This document shows positions 39,901-52,182 of a stretch of DNA of 64,000 nucleotides, piece by piece (position 1 is the first letter of the stretch; every line of letters begins with the position of its first letter). The stretch lies in assembly GCA_048772705.1 (NCBI GenBank), contig JBLWGC010000121.1, forward strand, positions 124,001 through 188,000, written 5' to 3'. This stretch comes from Leidyana gryllorum EB-2025a. Its lineage: Eukaryota; Protista; Apicomplexa. The notes beneath the pieces were generated by a model. The model made no database searches and was not told where the DNA came from. It was given only the letters and a program-made list of their open reading frames with translations. Made by a program: the position numbers and the translations under genes.

Positions 39901-42900
39901 AGACGTGACTGAGATCACCGAAACTACTGATGACGTAACTGAAGTGACCCAATCCACCAATGAAGTGACTGAAATCACTCAGTCCACCGGAGACGTGACT
40001 GAGATCACCGAAACTACAGATGACGTAACTGAAGTGACCCAATCCACCAATGAAGTGACTGAAATCACTCAGTCCACCGGAGACGTGACTGAGATCACCG
40101 AAACTACAGATGACGTGACTGAAGTCACTCAGTCCACCGGAGACGTGACTGAGATCACCGAAACTACAGATGACGTGACTGAAGTGACTCAATCCACCAA
40201 TGAAGTGACTGAAATCACTCAGTCCACCGGAGACGTGACTGAGATCACCGAAACTACTGATGACGTAACTGAAGTGACCCAATCCACCAATGAAGTGACT
40301 GAAATCACTCAGTCCACCGGAGACGTGACTGAGATCACCGAAACTACAGATGACGTGACTGAAGTGACTCAATCCACCAATGAAGTGACTGAAATCACTC
40401 AGTCCACGGGAGACGTGACTGAGATCACCGAAACTACAGAAGACGTAACTGAAGTGACTCAATCCACCGGAGACGTGACTGAGATCACCGAAACTACAGA
40501 TGACGTGACTGAAATCACTCAATCCACGGGAGACGTGACTGAGATCACCGAAACTACTGATGACGTAACTGAAGTCACTCAATCCACCAATGAAGTGACT
40601 GAAATCACTCAGTCCACCAGAGACGTGACTGAGATCACCGAAACTACAGAAGACGTAACTGAAGTGACTCAATCCACCGGAGACGTGACTGAGATCACCG
40701 AAACTACAGATGACGTGACTGAAATCACTCAATCCACGGGAGACGTGACTGAGATCACCGAAACTACTGATGACGTAACTGAAGTCACTCAATCCACCAA
40801 TGAAGTGACTGAAATCACTCAGTCCACCGGAGACGTGACTGAGATCACCGAAACTACAGATGACGTAACTGAAGTGACTCAATCCACCAATGAAGTGACT
40901 GAAATCACTCAGTCCACCGGAGACGTGACTGAGATCACCGAGACTACGGATGACGTGACTGAAATGACTCAATCCACCAATGAAGTGACTGAAATCACTC
41001 AGTCCACCGGAGACGTGACTGAGATCACCGAGACTACGGATGACGTGACTGAAATGACTCAATCCACCGGAGACGTGACTGAGATTACCGAAACTACATT
41101 TGACGTAACTGAAGTGACTCAATCCACCAATGAAGTGACTGAAATCACTCAGTCCACCGGAGACGTGACTGAGATCACCGAAACTACAGATGGCGTGACT
41201 GAAATCACTCAGTCCACCAATGAAGTGACTGAAATGACTCAATCCACCGGAGACGTGACTGAGATTACCGAAACTACATTTGACGTAACTGAAGTGACTC
41301 AATCCACCAATGAAGTGACTGAAATCACTCAGTCCACCGGAGACGTGACTGAGATCACCGAAACTACAGATGACGTAACTGAAGTCACTCAATCCACCAA
41401 TGAAGTGACTGAAATGACTCAGTCCACCGGAGACGTGACTGAGATCACCGAAACTACAGATGACGTGACTGAAGTGACTCAATCCACCAATGAAGTGACT
41501 GAAATCACTCAGTCCACCGGAAACGTGACTGAGATCACCGAAACTACAGATGGCGTGACTGAAATCACTCAGTCCACCGGAGACGTGACTGAGATCACCG
41601 AAACTACAGATGACGTGACTGAAGTGACTCAATCCACCAATGAAGTGACTGAAGTCACTCAGTCCACCGGAGACGTGACTGAGATCACCGAAACTACGGA
41701 TGCCGTAACTGAAGTGACTCAATCCACCAATGAAGTGACTGAAGTCACTCAGTCCACCGGAGACGTGACTGAGATCACCGAGACTACGGATGGCGTAACT
41801 GAAGTGACTCAATCCACCAATGAAGTGACTGAAGTCACTCAGTCCACCGGAGACGTGACTGAGATCACCGAAACTACTGATGACGTAACTGAAGTGACTC
41901 AATCCACCAATGAAGTGACTGAAGTCACTCAGTCCACCGGAGACGTGACTGAGATCACCGAAACTACGGATGCCGTAACTGAAGTGACTCAATCCACCAA
42001 TGAAGTGACTGAAATCACTCAGTCCACCGGAGACGTGACTGAGATCACCGAGACTACGGATGACGTGACTGAAATGACTCAATCCACCGGAGACGTGACT
42101 GAGATTACCGAAACTACATTTGACGTGACTGAAGTGACTCAATCCACCAATGAAGTGACTGAAATCACTCAGTCCACCGGAGACGTGACTGAGATCACCG
42201 AAACTACAGATGGCGTGACTGAAATGACTCAGTCCACCGGAGACGTGACTGAGATCACCGAAACTACAGATGACGTGACTGAAGTGACTCAATCCACCAA
42301 TGAAGTGACTGAAGTCACTCAGTCCACCGGAGACGTGACTGAGATCACCGAAACTACGGATGCCGTAACTGAAGTGACTCAATCCACCAATGAAGTGACT
42401 GAAGTCACTCAGTCCACCGGAGACGTGACTGAGATCACCGAGACTACGGATGACGTAACTGAAGTGACTCAATCCACCAATGAAGTGACTGAAGTCACTC
42501 AGTCCACCGGAGACGTGACTGAGATCACCGAAACTACTGATGACGTAACTGAAGTGACTCAATCCACCAATGAAGTGACTGAAGTCACTCAGTCCACCGG
42601 AGACGTGACTGAGATCACCGAAACTACGGATGCCGTAACTGAAGTGACTCAATCCACCAATGAAGTGACTGAAATCACTCAGTCCACCGGAGACGTGACT
42701 GAGATCACCGAGACTACGGATGACGTGACTGAAATGACTCAATCCACCGGAGACGTGACTGAGATTACCGAAACTACATTTGACGTAACTGAAGTGACTC
42801 AATCCACCAATGAAGTGACTGAAATCACTCAGTCCACCGGAGACGTGACTGAGATCACCGAAACTACAGATGGCGTGACTGAAATGACTCAGTCCACCGG

Positions 42901-45900
42901 AGACGTGACTGAGATCACCGAAACTACATTTGACGTAACTGAAGTGACTCAATCCACCAATGAAGTGACTGAAATCACTCAGTCCACCGGAGACGTGACT
43001 GAGATCACCGAAACTACAGATGACGTGACTGAAGTGACTCAATCCACCAATGAAGTGACTGAAATCACTCAGTCCACCGGAGACGTGACTGAGATCACCG
43101 AAACTACAGATGACGTGACTGAAGTGACTCAATCCACCGGAGACGTGACTGAGATCACCGAAACTACTGATGACGTAACTGAAGTGACTCAATCCACCAA
43201 TGAAGTGACTGAAATCACTCAGTCCACCGGAGACGTGACTGAGATCACCGAAACTACAGATGACGTGACTGAAGTGACTCAATCCACCAATGAAGTGACT
43301 GAAATCACTCAGTCCACCGGAGACGTGACTGAGATCACCGAAACTACAGATGGCGTGACTGAAATGACTCAATCCACCGGAGACGTGACTGAGATCACCG
43401 AAACTACGGATGCCGTAACTGAAGTGACTCAATCCACCAATGAAGTGACTGAAGTCACTCAGTCCACCGGAGACGTGACTGAGATCACCGAGACTACGGA
43501 TGACGTAACTGAAGTGACTCAATCCACCAATGAAGTGACTGAAATCACTCAGTCCACCGGAGACGTGACTGAGATCACCGAAACTACAGATGGCGTGACT
43601 GAAATCACTCAGTCCACCGGAGACGTGACTGAGATCACCGAAACTACAGATGACGTGACTGAAGTGACTCAATCCACCAATGAAGTGACTGAAATCACTC
43701 AGTCCACCGGAAACGTGACTGAGATCACCGAAACTACTGATGACGTAACTGAAGTGACTCAATCCACCAATGAAGTGACTGAAGTCACTCAGTCCACCGG
43801 AGACGTAACTGAGATCACCGAAACTACGGATGCCGTAACTGAAGTGACTCAATCCACCGGAGACGTGACTGAGATCACCGAGACTACGGATGACGTAACT
43901 GAAGTGACTCAATCCACCAATGAAGTGACTGAAATCACTCAGTCCACCGGAGACGTGACTGAGATCACCGAAACTACAGATGGCGTGACTGAAGTCACTC
44001 AGTCCACCGGAGACGTGACTGAGATCACCGAAACTACGGATGCCGTAACTGAAGTGACTCAATCCACCAATGAAGTGACTGAAGTCACTCAGTCCACCGG
44101 AGACGTGACTGAGATCACCGAAACTACTGATGACGTAACTGAAGTGACTCAATCCACCAATGAAGTGACTGAAGTCACTCAGTCCACCGGAGACGTGACT
44201 GAGATCACCGAAACTACGGATGCCGTAACTGAAGTGACTCAATCCACCAATGAAGTGACTGAAGTCACTCAGTCCACCGGAGACGTGACTGAGATCACCG
44301 AAACTACTGATGACGTAACTGAAGTGACTCAATCCACCAATGAAGTGACTGAAGTCACTCAGTCCACCGGAGACGTGACTGAGATCACCGAAACTACGGA
44401 TGCCGTAACTGAAGTGACTCAATCCACCAATGAAGTGACTGAGATCACCGAAACTACAGGTGACGTAACTGGAGTCACTCAGTCCACCGGAGACGTGACT
44501 GAGATCACCGAGACTACGGATGACGTGACTGAAATGACTCAATCCACCGGAGACGTGACTGAGATCACCGAAACTACAGATGACGTAACTGAAGTGACTC
44601 AATCCACCAATGAAGTGACTGAGATCACCGAAACTACAGGTGACGTAACTGGAGTCACTCAGTCCACCGGAGACGTGACTGAGATCACCGAGACTACGGA
44701 TGACGTGACTGAAATGACTCAATCCACCGGAGACGTGACTGAGATTACCGAAACTACATTTGACGTAACTGAAGTGACTCAATCCACCAATGAAGTGACT
44801 GAAGTCACTCAGTCCACCGGAGACGTGACTGAGATCACCGAGACTACGGATGACGTGACTGAAATGACTCAATCCACCAATGAAGTGACTGAAGTCACTC
44901 AGTCCACCGGAGACGTGACTGAGATCACCGAAACTACTGATGACGTAACTGAAGTGACTCAATCCACCAATGAAGTGACTGAAGTCACTCAGTCCACCGG
45001 AGACGTGACTGAGATCACCGAGACTACGGATGACGTGACTGAAATGACTCAATCCACCAATGAAGTGACTGAAGTCACTCAGTCCACCGGAGACGTGACT
45101 GAGATCACCGAGACTACGGATGCCGTAACTGAAGTGACTCAATCCACCAATGAAGTGACTGAAATTACTCAGTCCACCGGAGACGTGACTGAGATCACCG
45201 AGACTACGGATGACGTGACTGAAATGACTCAATCCACCGGAGACGTGACTGAGATCACCGAAACTACAGATGACGTAACTGAAGTGACTCAATCCACCAA
45301 TGAAGTGACTGAAATCACTCAGTCCACCGGAGACGTGACTGAGATCACCGAGACTACGGATGACGTGACTGAACTGACTCAATCCACCAATGAAGTGACT
45401 GAAATCACTCAGTCCACCGGAGACGTGACTGAGATCACCGAGACTACGGATGACGTAACTGAAATGACTCAATCCACCGGAGACGTGACTGAGATCACCG
45501 AAACTACAGATGACGTAACTGAAGTGACTCAATCCACCAATGAAGTGACTGAGATCACCGAAACTACAGATGACGTGACTGAAGTGACTCAATCCACCGG
45601 AGACGTGACTGAGATCACTCAATCCACCGGAGACATGACTGAGATCACCGAAACTACAGATGACGTGACTGAACTGACTCAATCCACCAATGAAGTGACT
45701 GAAATCACTCAGTCCACCGGAGACGTGACTGAGATCACCGAAACTACAGATGACGTAACTGAAATGACTCAATCCACCGGAGACGTGACTGAGATCACCG
45801 AAACTACAGATGACGTGACTGAAGTGACTCAATCCACCAATGAAGTGACTGAGATCACCGAAACTACAGATGACGTGACTGAAATCACTCAATCCACCGG

Positions 45901-48778
45901 AGACGTGACTGAGATCACCGAGACTACGGATGACGTAACTGAAATGACTCAATCCACCGGAGACGTGACTGAGATCACCGAAACTACAGATGACGTAACT
46001 GAAGTAACTCAATCCACCAATGAAGTGACTGAGATCACCGAAACTACAGATGACGTGACTGAAGTGACTCAATCCACCGGAGACGTGACTGAGATCACTC
46101 AATCCACCGGAGACGTGACTGAGATCACCGAAACTACAGATGACGTGACTGAAATGACTCAATCCACCAATGAAGTGACTGAAGTCACTCAGTCCACCGG
46201 AGACGTGACTGAGATCACCGAGACTACGGATGCCGTAACTGAAGTGACTCAATCCACCAATGAAGTGACTGAAATTACTCAGTCCACCGGAGACGTGACT
46301 GAGATCACCGAGACTACGGATGACGTGACTGAAATGACTCAATCCACCGGAGACGTGACTGAGATCACCGAAACTACAGATGACGTGACTGAACTGACTC
46401 AATCCACCAATGAAGTGACTGAAATCACTCAGTCCACCGGAGACGTGACTGAGATTACCGAAACTACAGATGACGTAACTGAAATGACTCAATCCACCGG
46501 AGACGTGACTGAGATCACCGAAACTACAGATGACGTAACTGAAGTGACTCAATCCACCAATGAAGTGACTGAAATCACTCAGTCCACCGGAGACGTGACT
46601 GAGATCACCGAGACTACGGATGACGTAACTGAAATGACTCAATCCACCGGAGACGTGACTGAGATCACTCAATCCACCGGAGACGTGACTGAGATCACCG
46701 AAACTACAGATGACGTGACTGAACTGACTCAATCCACCAATGAAGTGACTGAAATCACTCAGTCCACCGGAGACGTGACTGAGATCACCGAAACTACAGA
46801 TGACGTAACTGAAATGACTCAATCCACCGGAGACGTGACTGAGATCACCGAAACTACAGATGACGTAACTGAAGTGACTCAATCCACCAGTGAAGTGACT
46901 GAAATCACTCAGTCCACCGGAGACGTGACTGAGATCACCGAGACTACGGATGCCGTAACTGAAGTGACTCGATCCACCGGAGACGTGACTGAGATCACCG
47001 AAACTACAGATGACGTAACTGAAGTGACTCAATCCACCAATGAAGTGACTGAAATCACTCAATCCACCGGAGACGTGACTGAGATCACCGAAACTACAGA
47101 TGACGTGACTGAAATCACTCAATCCACCGGAGACGTGACTGAGATCACCGAAACTACAGATGACGTAACTGAAGTGACTCAATCCACCAATGAAGTGACT
47201 GAAATCACTCAGTCCACCGGAGACGTGACTGAGATCACCGAGACTACGGATGCCGTAACTGAAGTGACTCAATCCACCGGAGACGTGACTGAGATCACCG
47301 AAACTACTGATGACGTAACTGAAGTGACTCAATCCACCAATGAAGTGACTGAAATCACTCAGTCCACCGGAGACGTGACTGAGATCACCGAGACTACGGA
47401 TGCCCTAACTGAAGTGACTCAATCCACCGGAGACGTGACTGAGATCACCGAAACTACAGATGACGTAACTGAAGTGACTCAATCCACCAATGAAGTGACT
47501 GAAATCACTCAGTCCACCGGAGACGTGACTGAGATCACCGAGACTACGGATGCCGTAACTGAAGTGACTCAATCCACCGGAGACGTGACTGAGATCACCG
47601 AAACTACAGATGACGTGACTGAAATCACTCAATCCACCGGAGACGTGACTGAGATCACCGAAACTACAGATGACGTAACTGAAGTGACTCAATCCACCAA
47701 TGAAGTGACTGAAATCACTCAGTCCACCGGAGACGTGACTGAGATCACCGAGACTACGGATGCCGTAACTGAAGTGACTCAATCCACCGGAGACGTGACT
47801 GAGATCACCGAAACTACAGATGACGTGACTGAAATCACTCAATCCACCGGAGACGTGACTGAGATCACCGAAACTACTGATGACGTAACTGAAGTGACTC
47901 AATCCACCAATGAAGTGACTGAAATCACTCAGTCCACCGGAGACGTGACTGAGATCACCGAGACTACGGATGCCGTAACTGAAGTGACTCAATCCACCGG
48001 AGACGTGACTGAGATCACCGAGACTACGGATGCCCTAACTGAAGTGACTCAATCCACCGGAGACGTGACTGAGATCACCGAAACTACAGATGACGTAACT
48101 GAAGTGACTCAATCCACCAATGAAGTGACTGAAATCACTCAGTCCACCGGAGACGTGACTGAGATCACCGAGACTACGGATGCCGTAACTGAAGTGACTC
48201 AATCCACCGGAGACGTGACTGAGATCACCGAAACTACTGATGACGTAACTGAAGTGACTCAATCCACCAATGAAGTGACTGAGATCACCGAAACTACAGA
48301 TGACGTAACTGAAGTGACTCAATCCACCAATGAAGTGACTGAAATCACTCAGTCCACCGGAGACGTGACTGAGATCACCGAGACTACGGATGCCGTAACT
48401 GAAGTGACTCAATCCACCGGAGAGGTGACTGAGATCACCGAAACTACAGATGACGTAACTGAAGTGACTCAATCCACCAATGAAGTGACTGAAATCACTC
48501 AGTCCACCGGAGACGTGACTGAGATCACCGAAACTACAGATGAGTTCACTAAGACCACGGATGGTGACAGCACCGAGGAGGGAGGGGAAACAGACTCCGA
48601 GACAAGTGATGGCGCCACCAGCACACCAGAGGAGACTACTAAGCCCACTGAAGAGCAGAGCACGACGAGCTCAATTTGGCTGGATGTAGATCAGACTTGG
48701 CCAGGAGATGGAATTAGAATGGAAATGCTGGGGGTTTCGGCCTCCGCAGCAGCAATGATGTTTTTGATGTTAGCATAG
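15920..48778 (+). CDS. Giant acidic Thr/Ser-rich mucin-like surface protein, ~10,939 aa; exon 1 15920-16110, intron 16111-16149, exon 2 16150-48778
   Basis: MRLVLFFALALPLALS signal peptide. A 39-bp GTGAGT..CAG intron joins it in frame to the 32.6-kb open frame. About 31.6 kb is tandem repeats. The C-terminus GDGIRMEMLGVSASAAAMMFLMLA is GPI-signal-like. Confidence 0.88.
16930..19298 (+). repeat. Coding tandem repeat A: 36-bp / 12-aa unit (TETSTSTESPTT; variant TEGLTPT)
   Basis: Unit act gag aca tcg act tcc act gag agt ccg act acN; about 65 copies with occasional half-unit deletions. Confidence 0.95.
19299..22450 (+). repeat. Coding repeat B: modular ESPTLTSTSTET / TESSTEAST units with 246-bp higher-order blocks
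   Basis: Identical blocks recur at a 246-bp offset around 19800-20480 and again near 21700-22200. Confidence 0.9.
22451..23010 (+). repeat. Coding repeat C: ~120-bp unit (TDESSTETSTESSTSSESSSSPETSTETSTPSDNSTS)
   Basis: About 4-5 copies are visible, with NST sequons. Confidence 0.85.
23011..35055 (+). repeat. Coding tandem repeat D: 33-bp / 11-aa unit (TD[DE]ST[AVS]EVT[QP]S)
   Basis: Unit act gac gag agc acc gct gag gtc act caa tcc; about 365 copies by length. Confidence 0.95.
35056..48545 (+). repeat. Coding tandem repeat E: 30-bp / 10-aa units cycling DVTEITETTD - DVTEVTQSTN - EVTEITQSTG
   Basis: The 30-bp period is visible as column alignment in the listing; about 450 units by length, in 60/90-bp higher-order groups. 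Confidence 0.95.
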
Positions 48779-48982
48779 TTCGTTCATGTCACAATGTTCT
48801 GACCTATATGAAACACTGACTCTACAATTTCTCCATTGATTGTCGTCAGCGTACTGGGGTTTGGGATACTGGGACGAGACATGTGTGCGCCAGAGGCCGC
48901 CTGCAAGATATCAATTTAGTCCGCTTCTGGTGTGATTGATTTAGTGTGTATCAGCAAATCTGTTTATACCTAAATCAGTATC

Positions 48983-49264
48983 ATGAAGGTTGCCACTATT
49001 GTTTTCGCTCTTATCTCTATTGTGTCTGCCGAGAAGCCAGCACTCCAGTTGAACCCTCTTGAGGGGGACGTGGAGGTGGATTCAGCGGGAGACGCGGATG
49101 TCGGTACTGCATCGGAGGATTCAAGTTCGACCGAGTTCACCAGTACGTCTATTGAAGAAACAACTACCAGTACAACTACAAAGAAGAGCGGAGCTGGTCC
49201 GAACACTCACTTGGCTGCGTTGGCTCCAGTGGTGGCAATCTTGGGGCTTAAGTATTTGGCTTGA
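48983..49264 (+). CDS. Small secreted Thr/Ser/acidic GPI-type surface protein (93 aa); paralog of 61806-62075
   Basis: Signal peptide, NPLEGD, TTTSTTTKKSGAGPNTHLAALAPVVAILGLKYLA. Confidence 0.85.
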   Translation: MKVATIVFALISIVSAEKPALQLNPLEGDVEVDSAGDADVGTASEDSSSTEFTSTSIEETTTSTTTKKSGAGPNTHLAALAPVVAILGLKYLA

Positions 49265-49514
49265 GTATTTTACTTCCAGGTTACCAATGCAACAATGGCG
49301 CGATACCAGTACAAAGACGAATGTATTGCGGGATACTTCTGCCGTCCGAGGAGGGGAGGGTGATCCCGTGGTGTTCCTGGCCCCCGATGAGAGGGTGTAG
49401 GAGTACCGAGTCTTGTCAGTCAATCCTGTCTATCTTTTTCGATGTTTGTGACTCGATCTGTGGATCTGGAACAAGTAGATCCAGAGAATCAACAAGTCTT
49501 GAGAACAGCTACTC

Positions 49515-49658
49515 CAGTGCTAACGTCTGAGCACAAGGCTCCCGACTTACCACAGCTCGGCCCAGTCTGAGATGTACATGCCCTTAAATGGGATCGTACA
49601 TCTCAAACTGGGCCGAGCTGTGGTAAGTCGGGAACCTTGTGCTAAGACGTTAGCACTG
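49515..49658. repeat. Near-perfect inverted repeat: 63-bp arms (49515-49577 / 49596-49658), 18-nt loop, 3 mismatches
   Basis: cagtgctaacgtct...ccagtctgagatgtac pairs with gtacatctcaaactgg...agacgttagcactg. Confidence 0.97.
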
Positions 49659-49768
49659 AAAAAAACGGTGCTATTCAGTCCAGCTATATCGTTTATGGAC
49701 TATGGTCTACGAGAAAGGATTACGCACGGTAGGGCCCTCTGTGCTCGTCATGTCGCCTGGACGGCTCA
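49568..49768 (-). mobile_element. LTR copy 1 (rearranged by the foldback)
   Basis: Begins tgagatgta and ends ggacggctca, like 61539-61670. It shares aacggtgctatt.agtccagctatatcgtttatgg and aaaggattacgcacggt. Confidence 0.85.
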
Positions 49769-51548
49769 ATGTGGACTGATCTGCGACAGAAGATGTCCCA
49801 ATGGGGACTGCCGAGACTGACGGAAGCAATCATAGGCACCATTTTCGAAAGTGGGGGTTCGTGGCAGACCCACACTTTCAGTTTTCCCAACCTGAAGTTG
49901 TTGGACATCTCCTGGTCAGAGTTGTCTGAAGGGTCGCTGCTTATCGATGCTCCGATATTGGAATGTTTAGTCGTCAAAAGGCACCAGCTCCCTTTCATTC
50001 GCCACGATCTAGCGGTGGAGCTCCATAGGGCTGTGGGTGACGGCCACGGTGGCCGCGACGACCGGATTGTGTCGGTGACAAAGCCACACTTCAGGTATTG
50101 GATCTTCAAAACTCAGGATACCGCCGCCTCTGTGACAAACGGGGGATGGCAGACATCCCCGTGTCTGGTGCGATATCTATCCGAGGCGCACGATTGGGCG
50201 AGCGATCCACTGGAGTTCCAAAACGGAATCACATACACGTGGCCAAAGTGCGCGAGGTGAGGGTTTCTGGAAGCATTGCGTTACATTTCGTTCAGAGGGT
50301 CACAGAGGCTCTGGGAATACCTCAAACGAGAATGGAGCGATCGGGAGCGCCATATGCATCCGCTCTGTCGCACTTACCTGCGAAATGTGCCGTTTGTGGC
50401 ATTTATATATGCCCAACGACTTGTGAATGGGACTCAAGAAGATGGCACTGTGCTGCGGCGCGTCGCCTCGAGTTTCGGATGGTTCCGGTTGGCCCGAACG
50501 AAGGATTTGGATTCACCGCCTCTCTGCTGGAAGGCTCTCCCACTGACCGAACCTCCCGCTGTATACCCTCCCCCATACTTTGGATTGATGAGTGACAACA
50601 CACTTTATTTGAGCGCCTCCGGCATCAATCATCCAGTGGAATGGTCAGAGGTGACACGGGTTCTCTATGTCAACGACAAATCCACTCCGACTCTGACTGA
50701 AAATTTACTCAGAACTCTGCCCTTTCAGAATCTGAAGCGCATTGAGTTACCTCTGGAGGGATGGGCGCTGGTTGAAGGACTGTGTGAGAGCGCGACCCCC
50801 CCCTCTTTGCCCTCCGACTGTGTCCGGGTGCTATGCCTTCACACCAAACGGGATGCCTCACCGGAAGCGATGCGACGTTTGATTGAAAGGTGTCAAATTC
50901 AATATGTCGGTGTCACCGGAGTGCCTTCCCAGATCGCGAAGTTGACTGACTGGTTTTTGGTTGGGCACTCCATTTGGCGACGGAGAGGCATTCGGGTCCG
51001 TTTCACGCTACCCGTGGCCTAAGGTCCAATTGGAACTCGTCTCGGGACTGTATACCGATGCCACTCTCCGAGCTGTGCTGAAATACATTGGGTGTTCGGC
51101 GGAAGACATCAGTCTGTGTCTGATGACGCAGACTGCCGACGATCCGGAACAATGGACAAAGCTGCGAGAAAGAAGTGTCCACGCTGCGTCCACTCTCCTT
51201 TCAGGCACTGGTTACTGCAGCGTTCCAAAGGCCCTCGTCAGTCAGTGGTACGCGCACATGTTGGAAGGGACATTGCGAGAGGCTCAGATCTCCGTCGGCG
51301 GACTGTTCGACGTCATCGCCCACACTTGCAAAGACGATTGGTGGTTGGGTCGTGCGCTGCTGAACCAACGCTTCAGAGAGTTGGAGTATTCGGGCCGTCC
51401 GGTGACGTTACCGGCTGTTTGTCCCGCGTCGATCTACGAAGAAGTCTTCCCCCAGAGAGAGAAGAAGTCCAGGGCTTCCAGAATGGTGCCTTCAGGGCTT
51501 TTACATTGTGCGAGTCATTTGTGGTCAAAATGGAAACCGCCTTTTTGA
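49769..51548 (+). pseudogene. F-box/LRR-like gene copy 1: 5'-truncated at the LTR (F-box lost) and frameshifted
   Basis: Starts at about codon 87 (WTDL) immediately after the LTR end. A net 23-bp deletion at ~51005 (cgtttcacgctac vs cgtttcggcctccaagctgcagcccttctgcgctac) shifts the frame. Confidence 0.85.
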
Positions 51549-52182
51549 GGTTTCTAATTCGACGCCTTTCTACGCTCATCACTTCAAACAGAGTGAAAGT
51601 CAGTCTCTGTGAGCTCTACGATCAGATAAAAGTAGGACAAAGACTGCAAGTGTAGTCAAATGCCGTGAAAATGAACACCGCATAAGACTTCCGGACTGAG
51701 AGCTTCAAGCAGTCGAAGGTGAGGCCGTGACATCTGTTGAATTCATCCACCCACACAACAGTGATGGAAGTGGTCGCTGAAGGGCTCCGAACTGCCTTTT
51801 GATATATCGTTGACAGGACTCACAATCTAAAGGCCTCGAGTAAGGCACTTCAAGGCTCTACTCAGTCTTTGTGGGTATCCTCAAGACTACAGACGGGCTG
51901 TCAGTATCGTCTGCTATACACTGTGTGGCACATGGCGTTGAAATCTAAGTTGAAAAGCCATTCGCTGAGCAGAGGTGTTTGTATCGTTGCATATATCAAG
52001 CAAGACGCGTCATCACCTCTGTGACCCCCATGTTTCGCTTCGTAAAGTGCTCGTTTCCAAGTTTACATCGGGATATTTTGACAACAACCCGTCCGGCATC
52101 AGTGCACAACATTGCCCGGGCAGGTGCTCCAGGTCGCACACGAGTGTGTGCATACACGCTTTCCCCTCTCAGGTGCTGATCA

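Noticed and set aside
16645-47332. Huge antisense and alternate-frame ORFs (2130, 1077, 8123, 1530 and 2603 aa)
   Set aside because: They are shadows of a stop-free repeat unit. They begin and end with the repeat families, are broken by synonymous variants of the mucin frame (e.g. gta at ~27092), and have no unique termini.
23011-48545. 30-33-bp periodic repeats resembling a CRISPR array
   Set aside because: The units are contiguous with no unique spacers, are in-frame coding, have no cas genes nearby, and the context is eukaryotic.
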